Notes: a model not told the origin generated them from the sequence alone. A stretch of 32,000 nucleotides of DNA from Neobacillus sp. WH10 (GCF_030123405.1 NZ_CP126110.1:4905125-4937124); one strand, 5' to 3'; positions 9,124 to 18,380 are shown, numbered from the stretch's first letter. Made by a program: numbers and translations.

Positions 9124-9378
9124 GCTTAAGAAACAACAAGCAGGGGTCAAACATTCTTATGATAGTATAAATGGTAAAGAAGGTGCTTTCCATGATAAAT
9201 ATCCGGTTTAAAATATATATTAGAGAACTTAGCTCCGCACAAATGTATACGATGAAGCATTGTACGGAGCTTAATCGGGAAGCATCAAGTTTCCTATATT
9301 CATCGGCTTATAGTTGCTAAAAAGTGTAGTGCTGCTATGCTTTTTTGCGTATGACTATTTGCCGAAGGATAATTGATT

Positions 9379-9414
9379 AAAGGGCCATAGACAATGCTTT
9401 GTCTATGGCCCTTT
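9379..9414. terminator. Intrinsic terminator-like hairpin
   Basis: aaagggccatagac-aatgcttt-gtctatggcccttt perfect-arm hairpin followed by tgtttt. Confidence 0.75.
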
Positions 9415-9429
9415 GTTTTGGATATTTCA

Positions 9430-9504
9430 ATGAGTTTTCTCGGAATTGAAATAATATTTGTTGTATTCTTTCTATGCAGCAAAACCACTAAAGCAAAGAG
9501 CTAG
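9430..9504 (+). CDS. Candidate 24-aa leader peptide upstream of the ABC-F gene
   Basis: ATG AGT TTT CTC GGA ATT GAA ATA ATA TTT GTT GTA TTC TTT CTA TGC AGC AAA ACC ACT AAA GCA AAG AGC TAG; stop codon lies in the loop just after the 5' arm of the following terminator; SD is weak. Confidence 0.4.
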   Translation: MSFLGIEIIFVVFFLCSKTTKAKS

Positions 9505-9546
9505 CGTCTTTTGTGACACTGTCTCTTTGCTTTTTTTATTTTTTAG
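9490..9546 (+). terminator. Attenuator-type terminator before the ABC-F start codon
   Basis: AAAGCAAAGAG (9490-9500) pairs with CTCTTTGCTTT (9523-9533), followed by a T-rich run; located 17-30 nt before the ABC-F ATG. Confidence 0.75.
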
Positions 9547-9562
9547 GAAAAGAGGAAAAAAG

Positions 9563-11098
9563 ATGAGTTTACTTGAAGTCAGAAATTTAACACACAGATT
9601 TATAGACAAACCCCTATATGATAAAGCAAGTTTCGATTTATACAAAGGTGAACATATGGGAATCGTAGGACAAAATGGCGCTGGAAAAAGTACACTTATA
9701 AAAATATTGATGGGAGAAATCATTCCCGATAACGGAATGATTAAATGGAAAAGGGATATTAGGATTGGACATCTCGATCAATATGCCGAAATCAATGGAA
9801 CCAAAACAATTATTGACTATTTGAATACAGCATTTGCCAATTTATTTGAACTCGAAAAAAAACTGAATGATCTCTATCAAGAAATGGTGATTACAGGTAA
9901 TTACGATCTGATGGAGCAAGCGGCAAAATACCAGGAGAAGCTTGAAACGAGTGATTTTTATTTAATAGAAAGTCACATCGATAAAGTGGTTTATGGCTTA
10001 GGGATTAATGCAATTGGCATCGAGTGCCCCATTCAGGAGTTAAGCGGCGGCCAAAGAGCGAAAGTTATACTAGCAAAGCTATTGCTTGAAAAGCCCCATG
10101 TACTATTGTTAGATGAACCAACGAATTTTCTAGATAAGGAACATGTAGACTGGCTTGCAAACTATTTAACCGTATTCGATGGCGCTTATATCGTTGTATC
10201 CCATGATTTTGATTTTTTAGAGAAAATATCTTCTTGTATATGTGATATCGAGCTTGGCACCATCAAAAAGTATACGGGGAAATACTCGGATTTTCTGCGT
10301 CAAAAAGAGCATTTGCGAGAAGATTACACTCGACAATACGTCGCTCAACAAAAAAAGATAGAAAAAACGGAAGAATTTATTCGAAAGAATATTGCTGGAG
10401 TTAATAGCAAGATGGCTCAAGGTCGTCGGAAGCAGCTTGAAAGAATGGAACGAATGGCTCCACCAGTTTTCACTCATAAACCTGCCTTTAGTTTTAAGGA
10501 AATCTCACTTTCCGCACAGATGGCTCTACGTGTAAATGACCTTGAGGTTGGTTATGGTAAACCCCTTTTGCCTAAATTGAATTTTACTGTTTCAGGCGGG
10601 CAAAAACTTGTGATTACAGGTTTTAATGGAATTGGAAAGTCCACATTACTAAAAACACTCGTTCAACGTATATCAATTGTCGCAGGTAGTTTCCAGTTTG
10701 CGGAATCCGTAAAGATTGGTTATTTCGAACAAAATTTAACATGGGAAGATAAGGCAAAAACACCTCTCAAAATTATCTCAGATTTTTATCCTAAATTGGG
10801 CGTTAAGGAGATTCGTAGTCGTTTGGCTCAATGTGGGCTGAAGAATGCTCATACTTCACAAGCAATTGGGACATTAAGTGGCGGAGAACAGTCAAAGGTA
10901 AAATTATGCCTGCTCCTTCTTTCATCTTGCAATTTTCTAGTCTTGGATGAACCAACCAATCATTTAGATGCAGAAACAAAAGAAGCTTTACAAAAAGCAT
11001 TAATTCAGTTTAAAGGCAGTGTATTACTTGTTTCTCATGAAGAAAAGTTTTATCAAACGTGGGCGGATCGCTATCTAAATATAGAGGATTGCATTTAA
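9563..11098 (+). CDS. ABC-F subfamily ATP-binding protein (possible antibiotic target protection)
   Basis: Two ABC domains (GQNGAGKST, LSGGQ, LLLDEPTN; GFNGIGKST, LSGGEQ, LVLDEPTNHLD), no TM region. Start moved from ORF-track 9458 to ATG 9563 with GAGGAAAAAAG. Confidence 0.9.
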   Translation: MSLLEVRNLTHRFIDKPLYDKASFDLYKGEHMGIVGQNGAGKSTLIKILMGEIIPDNGMIKWKRDIRIGHLDQYAEINGTKTIIDYLNTAFANLFELEKKLNDLYQEMVITGNYDLMEQAAKYQEKLETSDFYLIESHIDKVVYGLGINAIGIECPIQELSGGQRAKVILAKLLLEKPHVLLLDEPTNFLDKEHVDWLANYLTVFDGAYIVVSHDFDFLEKISSCICDIELGTIKKYTGKYSDFLRQKEHLREDYTRQYVAQQKKIEKTEEFIRKNIAGVNSKMAQGRRKQLERMERMAPPVFTHKPAFSFKEISLSAQMALRVNDLEVGYGKPLLPKLNFTVSGGQKLVITGFNGIGKSTLLKTLVQRISIVAGSFQFAESVKIGYFEQNLTWEDKAKTPLKIISDFYPKLGVKEIRSRLAQCGLKNAHTSQAIGTLSGGEQSKVKLCLLLLSSCNFLVLDEPTNHLDAETKEALQKALIQFKGSVLLVSHEEKFYQTWADRYLNIEDCI

Positions 11099-11104
11099 TG
11101 AAGC

Positions 11105-11410
11105 TCAATTTATAGAAGGATAAATGAGGATCCTTGTCAAAAATTCACAGCAAAAAATAATTAAAAGCTCACAATTACCAGCGTTATTGTTTGATGCCTT
11201 TTCTTCACCTAACGCAATTGGATCGACCTTAAATTCGACATTTTTATAAACGGATTTGACAACTTCAGATTTTAAGAGCATTTCTACTTGGTTGGCTGGT
11301 AGTTTCATCGCTACCCCATTATAAGTAGTATTAAATGTTGATGTGATTTTATGATCTAACTTCTTACTTTTAAGATTACTATATTGCAATTGGGTATTTT
11401 TGATAGGCAT
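11105..11410 (-). pseudogene. Fragment with an inhibitor_I9 / subtilase propeptide-like domain
   Basis: HKITSTFNTTYNGVAMKLPANQVEMLLKSEVVKSVYKNVEFKVD; no signal peptide, followed by unrelated C-terminal residues. Confidence 0.5.
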
Positions 11411-11465
11411 TCATACCCGTATAAAAAGTACTAAACTTTTAATTTGGGGTAATTTATCTTTATTT

Positions 11466-11519
11466 ATAAAACAATCAAAAAGGGCACCATTATTTAGGTG
11501 CCCTTTTTGATTGTTTTAT
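11466..11519. terminator. Strong bidirectional terminator hairpin, 23-bp perfect stem
   Basis: ataaaacaatcaaaaagggcacc-attattta-ggtgccctttttgattgttttat. Confidence 0.85.
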
Positions 11520-11526
11520 ATTATTG

Positions 11527-11620
11527 ATAAAGAAAACTCGTCGATTGGTGAGCCCCAAGGGCGAAGACAGAGGCGTAGTTATACTTATGCCTGATAGGAT
11601 AGTTATACTTTCCTATCGGC
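11527..11620. repeat. ~93-bp dispersed structured repeat, copy 2
   Basis: ATAAAGAAAACTCGTCGATTGGTGAGCCCCAAGGGCGAAGACAGAGGCGTAGTTATACTTATGCCTGATAGGATAGTTATACTTTCCTATCGGC, matches 5513-5604. Confidence 0.85.
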
Positions 11621-11659
11621 AAATAAGAAAGCGGACGATTAAGCCCGCTACATAGTACA

Positions 11660-12142
11660 TTATTTAGGTCTTGGCGGTGGAATTAGCTTGATTTCCTTAT
11701 TGGCATAAATAGCAGCAATTTCGTTAGATTGTAACAATCTTTTAATTTCCTTCCCTGGAAGCTTAATCGATACCCCGTTAAATGCCATTTTATAAGTATG
11801 CTTTATCGAATAGGGAATTTGGTGTTGGCCTAAATATCGTTCTACATCCTTCTTAAAGCGTGAATGACTTTCTTCTACGTCCTGTTTTGCTTGTTCCAAT
11901 GTTAATGGTACTCCACTCTTTTCTGCAATGGCGACTGCAACCTTTGCTGGATACGTTTTAAAGTGAATGATGATTTCAACCATCTTTTCACTAATCATAT
12001 CGACTTCTGGGTCAATGTGTATAGCTGGAGTCATTACTTCTTTCCCCCTGTTTTCTCCCCGTTCCCTTATGTATTCATGATTGTCATATCCAGCTAGACA
12101 TAAAAGACAAGTGAGCAATAAAATTGGATACCATCTTACCAT
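11660..12142 (-). CDS. Exported stand-alone inhibitor_I9 (subtilisin propeptide-like) domain protein
   Basis: N-terminal lipoprotein/signal-like LLLTCLLCLAGYD and C-terminal I9-like SIKHTYKMAFNGVSIKLPGKEIKRLLQSNEIAAIYANKEIKLI; no protease catalytic domain. Confidence 0.7.
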   Translation of the reverse strand: MVRWYPILLLTCLLCLAGYDNHEYIRERGENRGKEVMTPAIHIDPEVDMISEKMVEIIIHFKTYPAKVAVAIAEKSGVPLTLEQAKQDVEESHSRFKKDVERYLGQHQIPYSIKHTYKMAFNGVSIKLPGKEIKRLLQSNEIAAIYANKEIKLIPPPRPK

Positions 12143-12350
12143 TACTATATCATCCTTCCTTCGATAGAATACTTCAAGGATTCCCTTTTTGACCTATCCT
12201 TATCAAATTCTCTAGAAAGGAAAATATATATAGTCGGCTAAATAATAATTTCTTTATCCACTATCCGCTATTGAGGTATTTTTGTTGGTCTTTTTTACTG
12301 ATGTTTATAATTGGGGTAGCCTATTCATTCAACATATCAAGTAAATATGA

Positions 12351-12383
12351 AAATCCGCTGCCAAAGAACTAGGCAGCGGATTT
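12351..12383 (-). terminator. Terminator of the ECF transporter operon
   Basis: aaatccgctgcc-aaagaacta-ggcagcggattt inverted repeat after the EcfT stop codon. Confidence 0.8.
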
Positions 12384-12410
12384 ATACTTGTCTATGTAAT
12401 TAGGAAAACA

Positions 12411-13241
12411 TCAAAGAAAAGGATTATAGAACCGATCGCCATCATGAAATGTGACATAAAGCGAGACTAATAGTATGAGAGCGAAAAGGATGATAGTGAA
12501 TACATCTATTTTTTGAAATGGGCGTGCCCGGTACCAAGAACGCTTTTTGTTTTTTCCAAACCCTCGGAGCTCCATTGCATTGCTAATGATTTCAATTTTA
12601 TCGAGACTTGATAAGATGAGCGGGATGATGATCGATGCAGCATTCTTTATCCGCTTCGGCAGCTTTTCTTTGCGCGACATATCAATCCCACGGGCTTGCT
12701 GGGAAAGCGAGATATTACGAAAATCTCGTTGAATGTCGGGAATATAGCGTAATGCAAGTGCAACAGCATAAGAAATTCGGTAGCTGACACCGATTCGGTT
12801 TAATGATGCGGCAAATTCACTGGGATTTGTCGTCACAATAAATAGAATCGCCGCCGGAATGACGGTGAAATATTTAAGTGTAACATTCATTTGATAAAAC
12901 AGCTGCTCTAGCGTGATCGAATAGCGCCCGCCGATTTCAAACAGCACATGGCTTGTCCCATAGATTTTTACCCCTTCTTGCGGCGAAAATACATAGATTG
13001 CAAGATTATTAATCATCAAAAACAATAAGATAAATAGGAGGACAAAGGCCACTTCCTTTAGTTTCACCTTGGAAACGATAAAGACGCCGATACTAAATAG
13101 GAAGAGGAAGACTAAAACTCGCGTATCATAGGTAAGCATCGCAATCGATGACCAGATGATGAAGCAAATCAGCTTGGTTACACCTGTCAGCTGATGGACC
13201 GGCGATTGCCGCTCTATGTATGAAAGCATTTCTACTGCCAT
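12411..13241 (-). CDS. ecfT: Energy-coupling factor transporter transmembrane protein EcfT
   Basis: TM protein with the coupling motifs ALALRYIPDIQRDFRNISLSQQARG and SLDKIEIISNAMELRGFG. Confidence 0.88.
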   Translation of the reverse strand: MAVEMLSYIERQSPVHQLTGVTKLICFIIWSSIAMLTYDTRVLVFLFLFSIGVFIVSKVKLKEVAFVLLFILLFLMINNLAIYVFSPQEGVKIYGTSHVLFEIGGRYSITLEQLFYQMNVTLKYFTVIPAAILFIVTTNPSEFAASLNRIGVSYRISYAVALALRYIPDIQRDFRNISLSQQARGIDMSRKEKLPKRIKNAASIIIPLILSSLDKIEIISNAMELRGFGKNKKRSWYRARPFQKIDVFTIILFALILLVSLYVTFHDGDRFYNPFL

Positions 13242-14944
13242 TTCTGTCTCACCTCACGATCATAGGCGATAAACCTCTCGACAAACTGCTTTGGATCGCT
13301 AATTCCCGCCCGGTTTGCCAATTCAAATAAGGATGTTTCCTTTAAATTTGCCTCTTCAATAATTGTAGAATCCGCCAGTACATTGACAGCTGAGTCATCG
13401 GCTATTTTTCTTCCGCCTGCAATCACAATCGCCCGCGGCGTATATTCAAGCATGAGATGCATATCATGGGTAATCATGATGATTGTAACACCTTGGCTGT
13501 TGAGTTCCACCAAAAATTCCATGATCTCGGTATAATGGCGGAAATCCTGCCCTGCGGTAGGCTCGTCAAGTATGATTATCTCTGGCTCCAATACTAAGAT
13601 GGAGGCGATGGTTACCCGCTTTTTCTGGCCAAAGCTTAACGCCGAAATCGGCCAGTTACGGAATGGATACAATCCGCAAATTTTCAATGTCTTCATAACG
13701 CGCTCTTTTATCTCGGCTTCCGGTACACCAAGGATGACCAGACCAAGCGCCACTTCATCATAGATCATCTGCTTCGAAATCATCTGATTCGGGTTTTGCA
13801 TTACCATGCCGATCCTTGATGCCCTCTCTTTAATCGTATCTTCGGTAATATCCTGCCCGCGATAATAAATTCTTCCCGAGCTAGGATTTTCAAAGCCGCA
13901 AATTAATTTGGACAGTGTCGACTTTCCAGCACCATTTTTTCCAACAATACTAACCATTTCACCTTTTTCAATCGAAAAAGAAACACCGTGAATCGTTCTT
14001 TTTCCTGGTGTATAGCCAAAATTAATTTCCTTTAATTCCAAAACAGATTCTGTTTTCTCTCTAGGCTGCGGGCTATCCACTTTTGTAAACCAGTCCACTA
14101 ACTGACCTTTGCAGCTTTCAACTTGAAAGGAATCGAGATGAGCGGGCTTCATTTCTGGCGTAATATCACAGGCGGCATATTTCGCTGCTTTCACATATAA
14201 GGGCTCGCGGATGGAACATTGCTCCAAGACGGGGGAAGCTAAAAGTTCATCCGGAGTCATGTCACCGATAATCCTGCCATCATCAACGACAATGATGCGG
14301 TCAACAGGGCAATGCAATACATCCTCTAAGCGGTGCTCGATAATCACGACCGTTTTGTTTGTTTCTTGTTGGATCCTATCAATGAGTTCAATTGCATATT
14401 TTCCTGTTGCCGGATCAAGATTGGCCAGTGGTTCATCAAATAATAGAATCTCCACATCATCGACCATTACCCCAGCAAGAGATACCCTTTGCTTTTGTCC
14501 TCCGGAAAGATGGTGCAGCGAGGAGTCCAAATAATCCTCCATTTCCACCATTTTCGATACCTCGGCCACCTTATCAAACATTTGTGTTTGTGGTGTACAA
14601 TCATTTTCGAGCGCAAAAGCGATATCCTCAGCAACCGTAAGCCCAATAAATTGCCCATCAGGATCTTGGAGAACCGTTCCGACTTTTTTCGATAAGGAAA
14701 AAATGTCTAAATCCTTAGCGTCCTCGCCGCAGATTTTCAAACTTCCTGATACTTCCCCTTTGTAAGAAAAGGGAACAAGGCCATTGAGACAATGGCCAAG
14801 TGTGCTTTTTCCAGATCCAGATGGACCAACAATGAGAATCTTTTCCCCTTCATAGATCGTTAAGTTTATCTCATGTAATGTTGGTGCCGTCTGACTGCGA
14901 TATTGAAAGCTATAGTTTTCAAATTGTATAACCGGTTTTTTCAT
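13232..14944 (-). CDS. Duplicated-domain energy-coupling factor ATPase (EcfA-EcfA' fusion, YkoD-like)
   Basis: Two ABC domains: GPSGSGKST...LSGGQKQR...LLFDEPLANLDP and GKNGAGKST...LSFGQKKR...IILDEPTAGQD. Confidence 0.92.
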   Translation of the reverse strand: MKKPVIQFENYSFQYRSQTAPTLHEINLTIYEGEKILIVGPSGSGKSTLGHCLNGLVPFSYKGEVSGSLKICGEDAKDLDIFSLSKKVGTVLQDPDGQFIGLTVAEDIAFALENDCTPQTQMFDKVAEVSKMVEMEDYLDSSLHHLSGGQKQRVSLAGVMVDDVEILLFDEPLANLDPATGKYAIELIDRIQQETNKTVVIIEHRLEDVLHCPVDRIIVVDDGRIIGDMTPDELLASPVLEQCSIREPLYVKAAKYAACDITPEMKPAHLDSFQVESCKGQLVDWFTKVDSPQPREKTESVLELKEINFGYTPGKRTIHGVSFSIEKGEMVSIVGKNGAGKSTLSKLICGFENPSSGRIYYRGQDITEDTIKERASRIGMVMQNPNQMISKQMIYDEVALGLVILGVPEAEIKERVMKTLKICGLYPFRNWPISALSFGQKKRVTIASILVLEPEIIILDEPTAGQDFRHYTEIMEFLVELNSQGVTIIMITHDMHLMLEYTPRAIVIAGGRKIADDSAVNVLADSTIIEEANLKETSLFELANRAGISDPKQFVERFIAYDREVRQKWQ

Positions 14945-15002
14945 AAAATTTCTCCTAGTGAATCAATGCTCTTCTGTTTGCAAAACAGTCTGCATCTTAT
15001 AA

Positions 15003-15560
15003 TTAAACATCCTTAGTTAGACTGCCGCTTTGACTGCGGCTTTTTGCATAGATACTAAGCAACAGCGTACCAAGGACAGCAACAGTTACCATGTTTAACC
15101 CGCCGGCAACCACGCCTTGTAAATAAACCTTATTTGCTGGTTCGGCATAAATAAGAACATCGAGGGTCGGAGCAATCGCGAACCAGCCGATCGCTTGGAC
15201 AACGATTTGAACCACGTTAAACAGAATGATTTTTTTCGTATTAAAAATGCCTGATTCAATATTGATTTTCTTCGCTGCAAGGCCAATTAAGAAGCCGACG
15301 ATTCCAGAAACGATGACCCAGCTCCACCACGGAGTTCCGTAGAAGATGGCATCCTTTAAGGCGTGGCCGATTAACCCAATCAACCCACCGGCAACCGGTC
15401 CGAAAACAATTGCCATTAACGCTAAAAAGCCGTACGATGTGTCAAAATTCGTATTTGGTACTCCTGTTGGAATAACGGCGAATCTGCCTAAAATCACGAA
15501 TACGGCTGCGCCAATCCCAATTGCCACGATCGTTTTGATTGATAACTGTTTTCCTTTCAT
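15003..15560 (-). CDS. ECF transporter S component, UPF0397 family
   Basis: [81 protein letters not shown]. Start corrected from 15710 to ATG 15560. Confidence 0.88.
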   Translation of the reverse strand: MKGKQLSIKTIVAIGIGAAVFVILGRFAVIPTGVPNTNFDTSYGFLALMAIVFGPVAGGLIGLIGHALKDAIFYGTPWWSWVIVSGIVGFLIGLAAKKINIESGIFNTKKIILFNVVQIVVQAIGWFAIAPTLDVLIYAEPANKVYLQGVVAGGLNMVTVAVLGTLLLSIYAKSRSQSGSLTKDV

Positions 15561-15594
15561 TTCCTCAACCCCCAAAAAGATCTTTTTCATAAAG

Positions 15595-16452
15595 TTAATT
15601 GTAAACAATTTTCGGCAATTTGCGTATAGAAATTTTCCATGATGCCCCTGTTTCAATATGATATGCCTTTGCAAAAGAACCCTGGTTAATCGCAACGCCA
15701 ATTTTATCAAGCGAATTCACATATAGCAATGGCTCACCTAAATGAATATCAGCAAATGTTCGGCCATACGTCATAATGTTTTTATAGACTTGGCGGGTAT
15801 CATTTTCTATCGTCACTTCAAAGGAATCACCATATTCCACTGATAAATTTTTGAAGAGTACACGGTCAATATTTGTCCATAAATTACCGAACCGAATATC
15901 AAGTATGTCAATATTGCCAGTGAGCACATGATTGGTAATACTCGGCTCCTCCTTGGGAAGTTCGATGATGGAATCAACCGGCACTTCTGGACCCACTTGT
16001 TCAAACGTAATTAAATTGGAAGCGAGTCTTGCCCCGGTATATGCATAGACATCACGACCATGGAACGTATAGGATTCACCAGAACACGGCAAGCGATTGA
16101 CGTCCTCATCAATGATTCTTACTTCTTTAATGCCAATACAATTTTTAATATGGGTGAGCGTACCATTGTCCGGAGTAATAATATACTGATCCAAAGCCGT
16201 TTTCGCGACAACACTTCTCCGCTCAGAACCGACACCTGGGTCAACAACCGAAACAAACACCGTTCCTTCGGGCCAATAGGAAACCGTCTGATATAATCGG
16301 TAGGAGCCTTCCCAAATATGATACTGGGGAATGTCATGGGTTAAATCAAATACACGGATGGCTGGATTCACGGAAATAGCCACACCATACATAGCGCTTA
16401 CAGCACCGTCACTTGTACCAAAATCAGTTTGTAACACGAGATGATTATTCAT
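15595..16452 (-). CDS. SAM hydroxide adenosyltransferase / DUF62 family
   Basis: [37 protein letters not shown]...[17 protein letters not shown]...DNGTLTHI; C-terminal NIDRVLF...[19 protein letters not shown]. Confidence 0.9.
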   Translation of the reverse strand: MNNHLVLQTDFGTSDGAVSAMYGVAISVNPAIRVFDLTHDIPQYHIWEGSYRLYQTVSYWPEGTVFVSVVDPGVGSERRSVVAKTALDQYIITPDNGTLTHIKNCIGIKEVRIIDEDVNRLPCSGESYTFHGRDVYAYTGARLASNLITFEQVGPEVPVDSIIELPKEEPSITNHVLTGNIDILDIRFGNLWTNIDRVLFKNLSVEYGDSFEVTIENDTRQVYKNIMTYGRTFADIHLGEPLLYVNSLDKIGVAINQGSFAKAYHIETGASWKISIRKLPKIVYN

Positions 16453-16486
16453 TATATTTTCCTCCTTAGTTTTTTATTCTAGGTAT

Positions 16487-16513
16487 GAAGCAGGGGGACG
16501 GTTCTCCTGCTTC
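16487..16513 (+). repeat. 27-bp dispersed hairpin repeat, copy
   Basis: GAAGCAGGGGGACGGTTCTCCTGCTTC. Confidence 0.85.
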
Positions 16514-16576
16514 ATTATGTACCAGAAGCAATTGAACCGTCTCCTCGCTTCATTTCTCTTATTTACGGAATTAAAA

Positions 16577-16890
16577 AAACCACGCCCCTATCTATTTCAA
16601 GAAATAGATAAGGACGTGGTTGATCTCCACGTGGTACCACCTTAATTTACTGTTTGCTCACACAAAACAGCCTCTGCAAGTACGAGAGCGTAATGCTGCT
16701 CTTTATACTGTGGTATTGATAACGAGTACCAAATCTCGTCGGAACCTACTCCAATCTAGTTAGATTGTTTCAGCACGAAGCTCTGAGGCCATTGTTCGGA
16801 TTAGTATTTTTGCTTCTTTTCAGCTGCCGAAGCTCTCTGTATAAAATAACGTAATCGTACTTTCCCTCTTCAACGCTATAAATCATATAT
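16577..16890 (-). promoter_or_regulatory. T-box leader upstream of SAM hydrolase/ECF operon (specifier probably AUG/Met)
   Basis: Minus strand AAGGTGGTACCACG (16630-16643), terminator 16579-16622, AGAGAGCTTC, AGTA...GAACAATGG specifier region (16788-16797). Confidence 0.92.
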
Positions 16891-16910
16891 TGTTTGAAAA
16901 TTTATTAAAA

Positions 16911-16939
16911 TTATAGTCCGTATGAATGAAATAGTCAAG
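16911..16939 (-). promoter_or_regulatory. Sigma-A promoter of the T-box/SAM hydrolase/ECF operon
   Basis: TTGACT (16934-16939), 17-bp spacer, TATAAT (16911-16916) on the minus strand. Confidence 0.85.
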
Positions 16940-17132
16940 CATGTAAATACACAATTTTCTACAAATTTAGTTGTTATGAATATTGTCCTAATAAGTTCCA
17001 GCTATTTGCTCTGCATTAAAGGTTCAATCTACATTTATTTATCACCTTGGAATTGGTTTTGGTCTTGTCCATTATCGACAAACTCGAATAATACGAACAT
17101 CTTTTCCTTACCACTAGCCTTTATTCCATTTC

Positions 17133-18224
17133 CTAAGTAGTTGTTAATTTAGCATAGATGATAAAAAACAGGGCTAGTTCTCCCATTATGATAATGTTTG
17201 GAACTACTACTATCAAATTAATAATAAAAAAGGTTGCTAAAATCCCTAAAAATAACGCTAAATGATAATATTTTAGACGGTCTTGTTCAAACCTGTATTG
17301 ATGAAAAACAATAGTTGTTGTTATGAAATAGAGTAATACAGAACCGAATACAAAATATAAGTTAAATGAATAACGAACCTCATGGAGATAGAGCAGCTTG
17401 ATGGAAGCAGCAATCATGCTCAAAGACATTAAAATAAACAGATGACCGTAAATAATAGTTTGGCCGGCTGTTTCGATCGACTTATTTACTTTCTTATCTA
17501 CATTTTCGAAATACTGCCACCACATCGAAATAATAAGGATAAATGAAATGATTGAAAATGAGATCGAATTCCAATCCCCTTTTTGTGGCTGAAGTACAGA
17601 AAGGGTGCTGACGACCGATTCTCCAAAAAGGATTAGTGTAAATGTAGCAAAACGTTCTAATAAATGAACCGTATTGGTCGAAGCTTTCACCAAATACTTG
17701 CGTCCGAAAAAAGGCACAATAATATCGACAATAATTCCTATATATAATATGCTGTATCGAATCCATGAATCAAATAAGATAGAGAAAAATGAGATGATGA
17801 TTCCAATCCAAAAACGTGTTCCTAAGTATTGAGCTACCTTTTTCGTATCCCCTTCTTCTACACTCCGAACAACTAGATATTGGATCGCTGTTAGTGATCT
17901 TAATCCAATATAGCCAATAAGAAAAGGGAGATAATATTGATCAAAATCAACCGATAAGCTTGATGTCATAATAAGAACAAACACCATTTGAAGGATCATA
18001 AAGATCCGTTGATGCATAAAATCTTGTCCAAACCGGTTAATAAACATCGTTTGGCCTACCCAAGACCACCAGATTGGAATAAATATTAAAGCAAACTTCA
18101 ATAAATATTCTGGATGAATTTCTCCTTGTTTAACATGAAGTAAAACATGAGTTGCAGTCGCAACAGCTGCAGCAAATAGCAAATCATAGAAGAGTTCTAA
18201 CCATGTAACTTTCTTTTCTTCCAA
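17133..18224 (-). CDS. Low temperature requirement protein A (LtrA) family membrane protein
   Basis: VTWLELFYDLLFAAAVATATH, WWSWVGQTMFINRF, ERFATFTLILFGESVVS motifs. Confidence 0.88.
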   Translation of the reverse strand: MEEKKVTWLELFYDLLFAAAVATATHVLLHVKQGEIHPEYLLKFALIFIPIWWSWVGQTMFINRFGQDFMHQRIFMILQMVFVLIMTSSLSVDFDQYYLPFLIGYIGLRSLTAIQYLVVRSVEEGDTKKVAQYLGTRFWIGIIISFFSILFDSWIRYSILYIGIIVDIIVPFFGRKYLVKASTNTVHLLERFATFTLILFGESVVSTLSVLQPQKGDWNSISFSIISFILIISMWWQYFENVDKKVNKSIETAGQTIIYGHLFILMSLSMIAASIKLLYLHEVRYSFNLYFVFGSVLLYFITTTIVFHQYRFEQDRLKYYHLALFLGILATFFIINLIVVVPNIIIMGELALFFIIYAKLTTT

Positions 18225-18380
18225 TTTCAGCGCTCCTTCCTTCTTCTTATAGATTATTGTATGATAAAAATAATTTAAAAGAAAATTGCAAATAATGACT
18301 TCGATGGTTTCAAAACAAAAGATTGGAGGGATCTTCCTGGTAACGGAAATTCAACCATAACGAATGAAAAACATTCAATC

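Noticed and set aside
9458-9562. N-terminal extension of ABC-F (MLYSFYAAKPLKQRASVFCDTVSLLFLFFRKRGKK)
   Set aside because: It is simply translation through the terminator hairpin and T-run; ABC domain begins at MSLLEVRNLTH with a proper SD.
12547-12732. Antisense ORFs inside ECF, kynU/TetR, lacC, lacD and nagA genes (for example 12547-12732, 13572-13763, 14211-14534, 15095-15286, 28965-29255, 30237-30422)
   Set aside because: Short, opposite to well-supported genes, no recognisable domains or SD.
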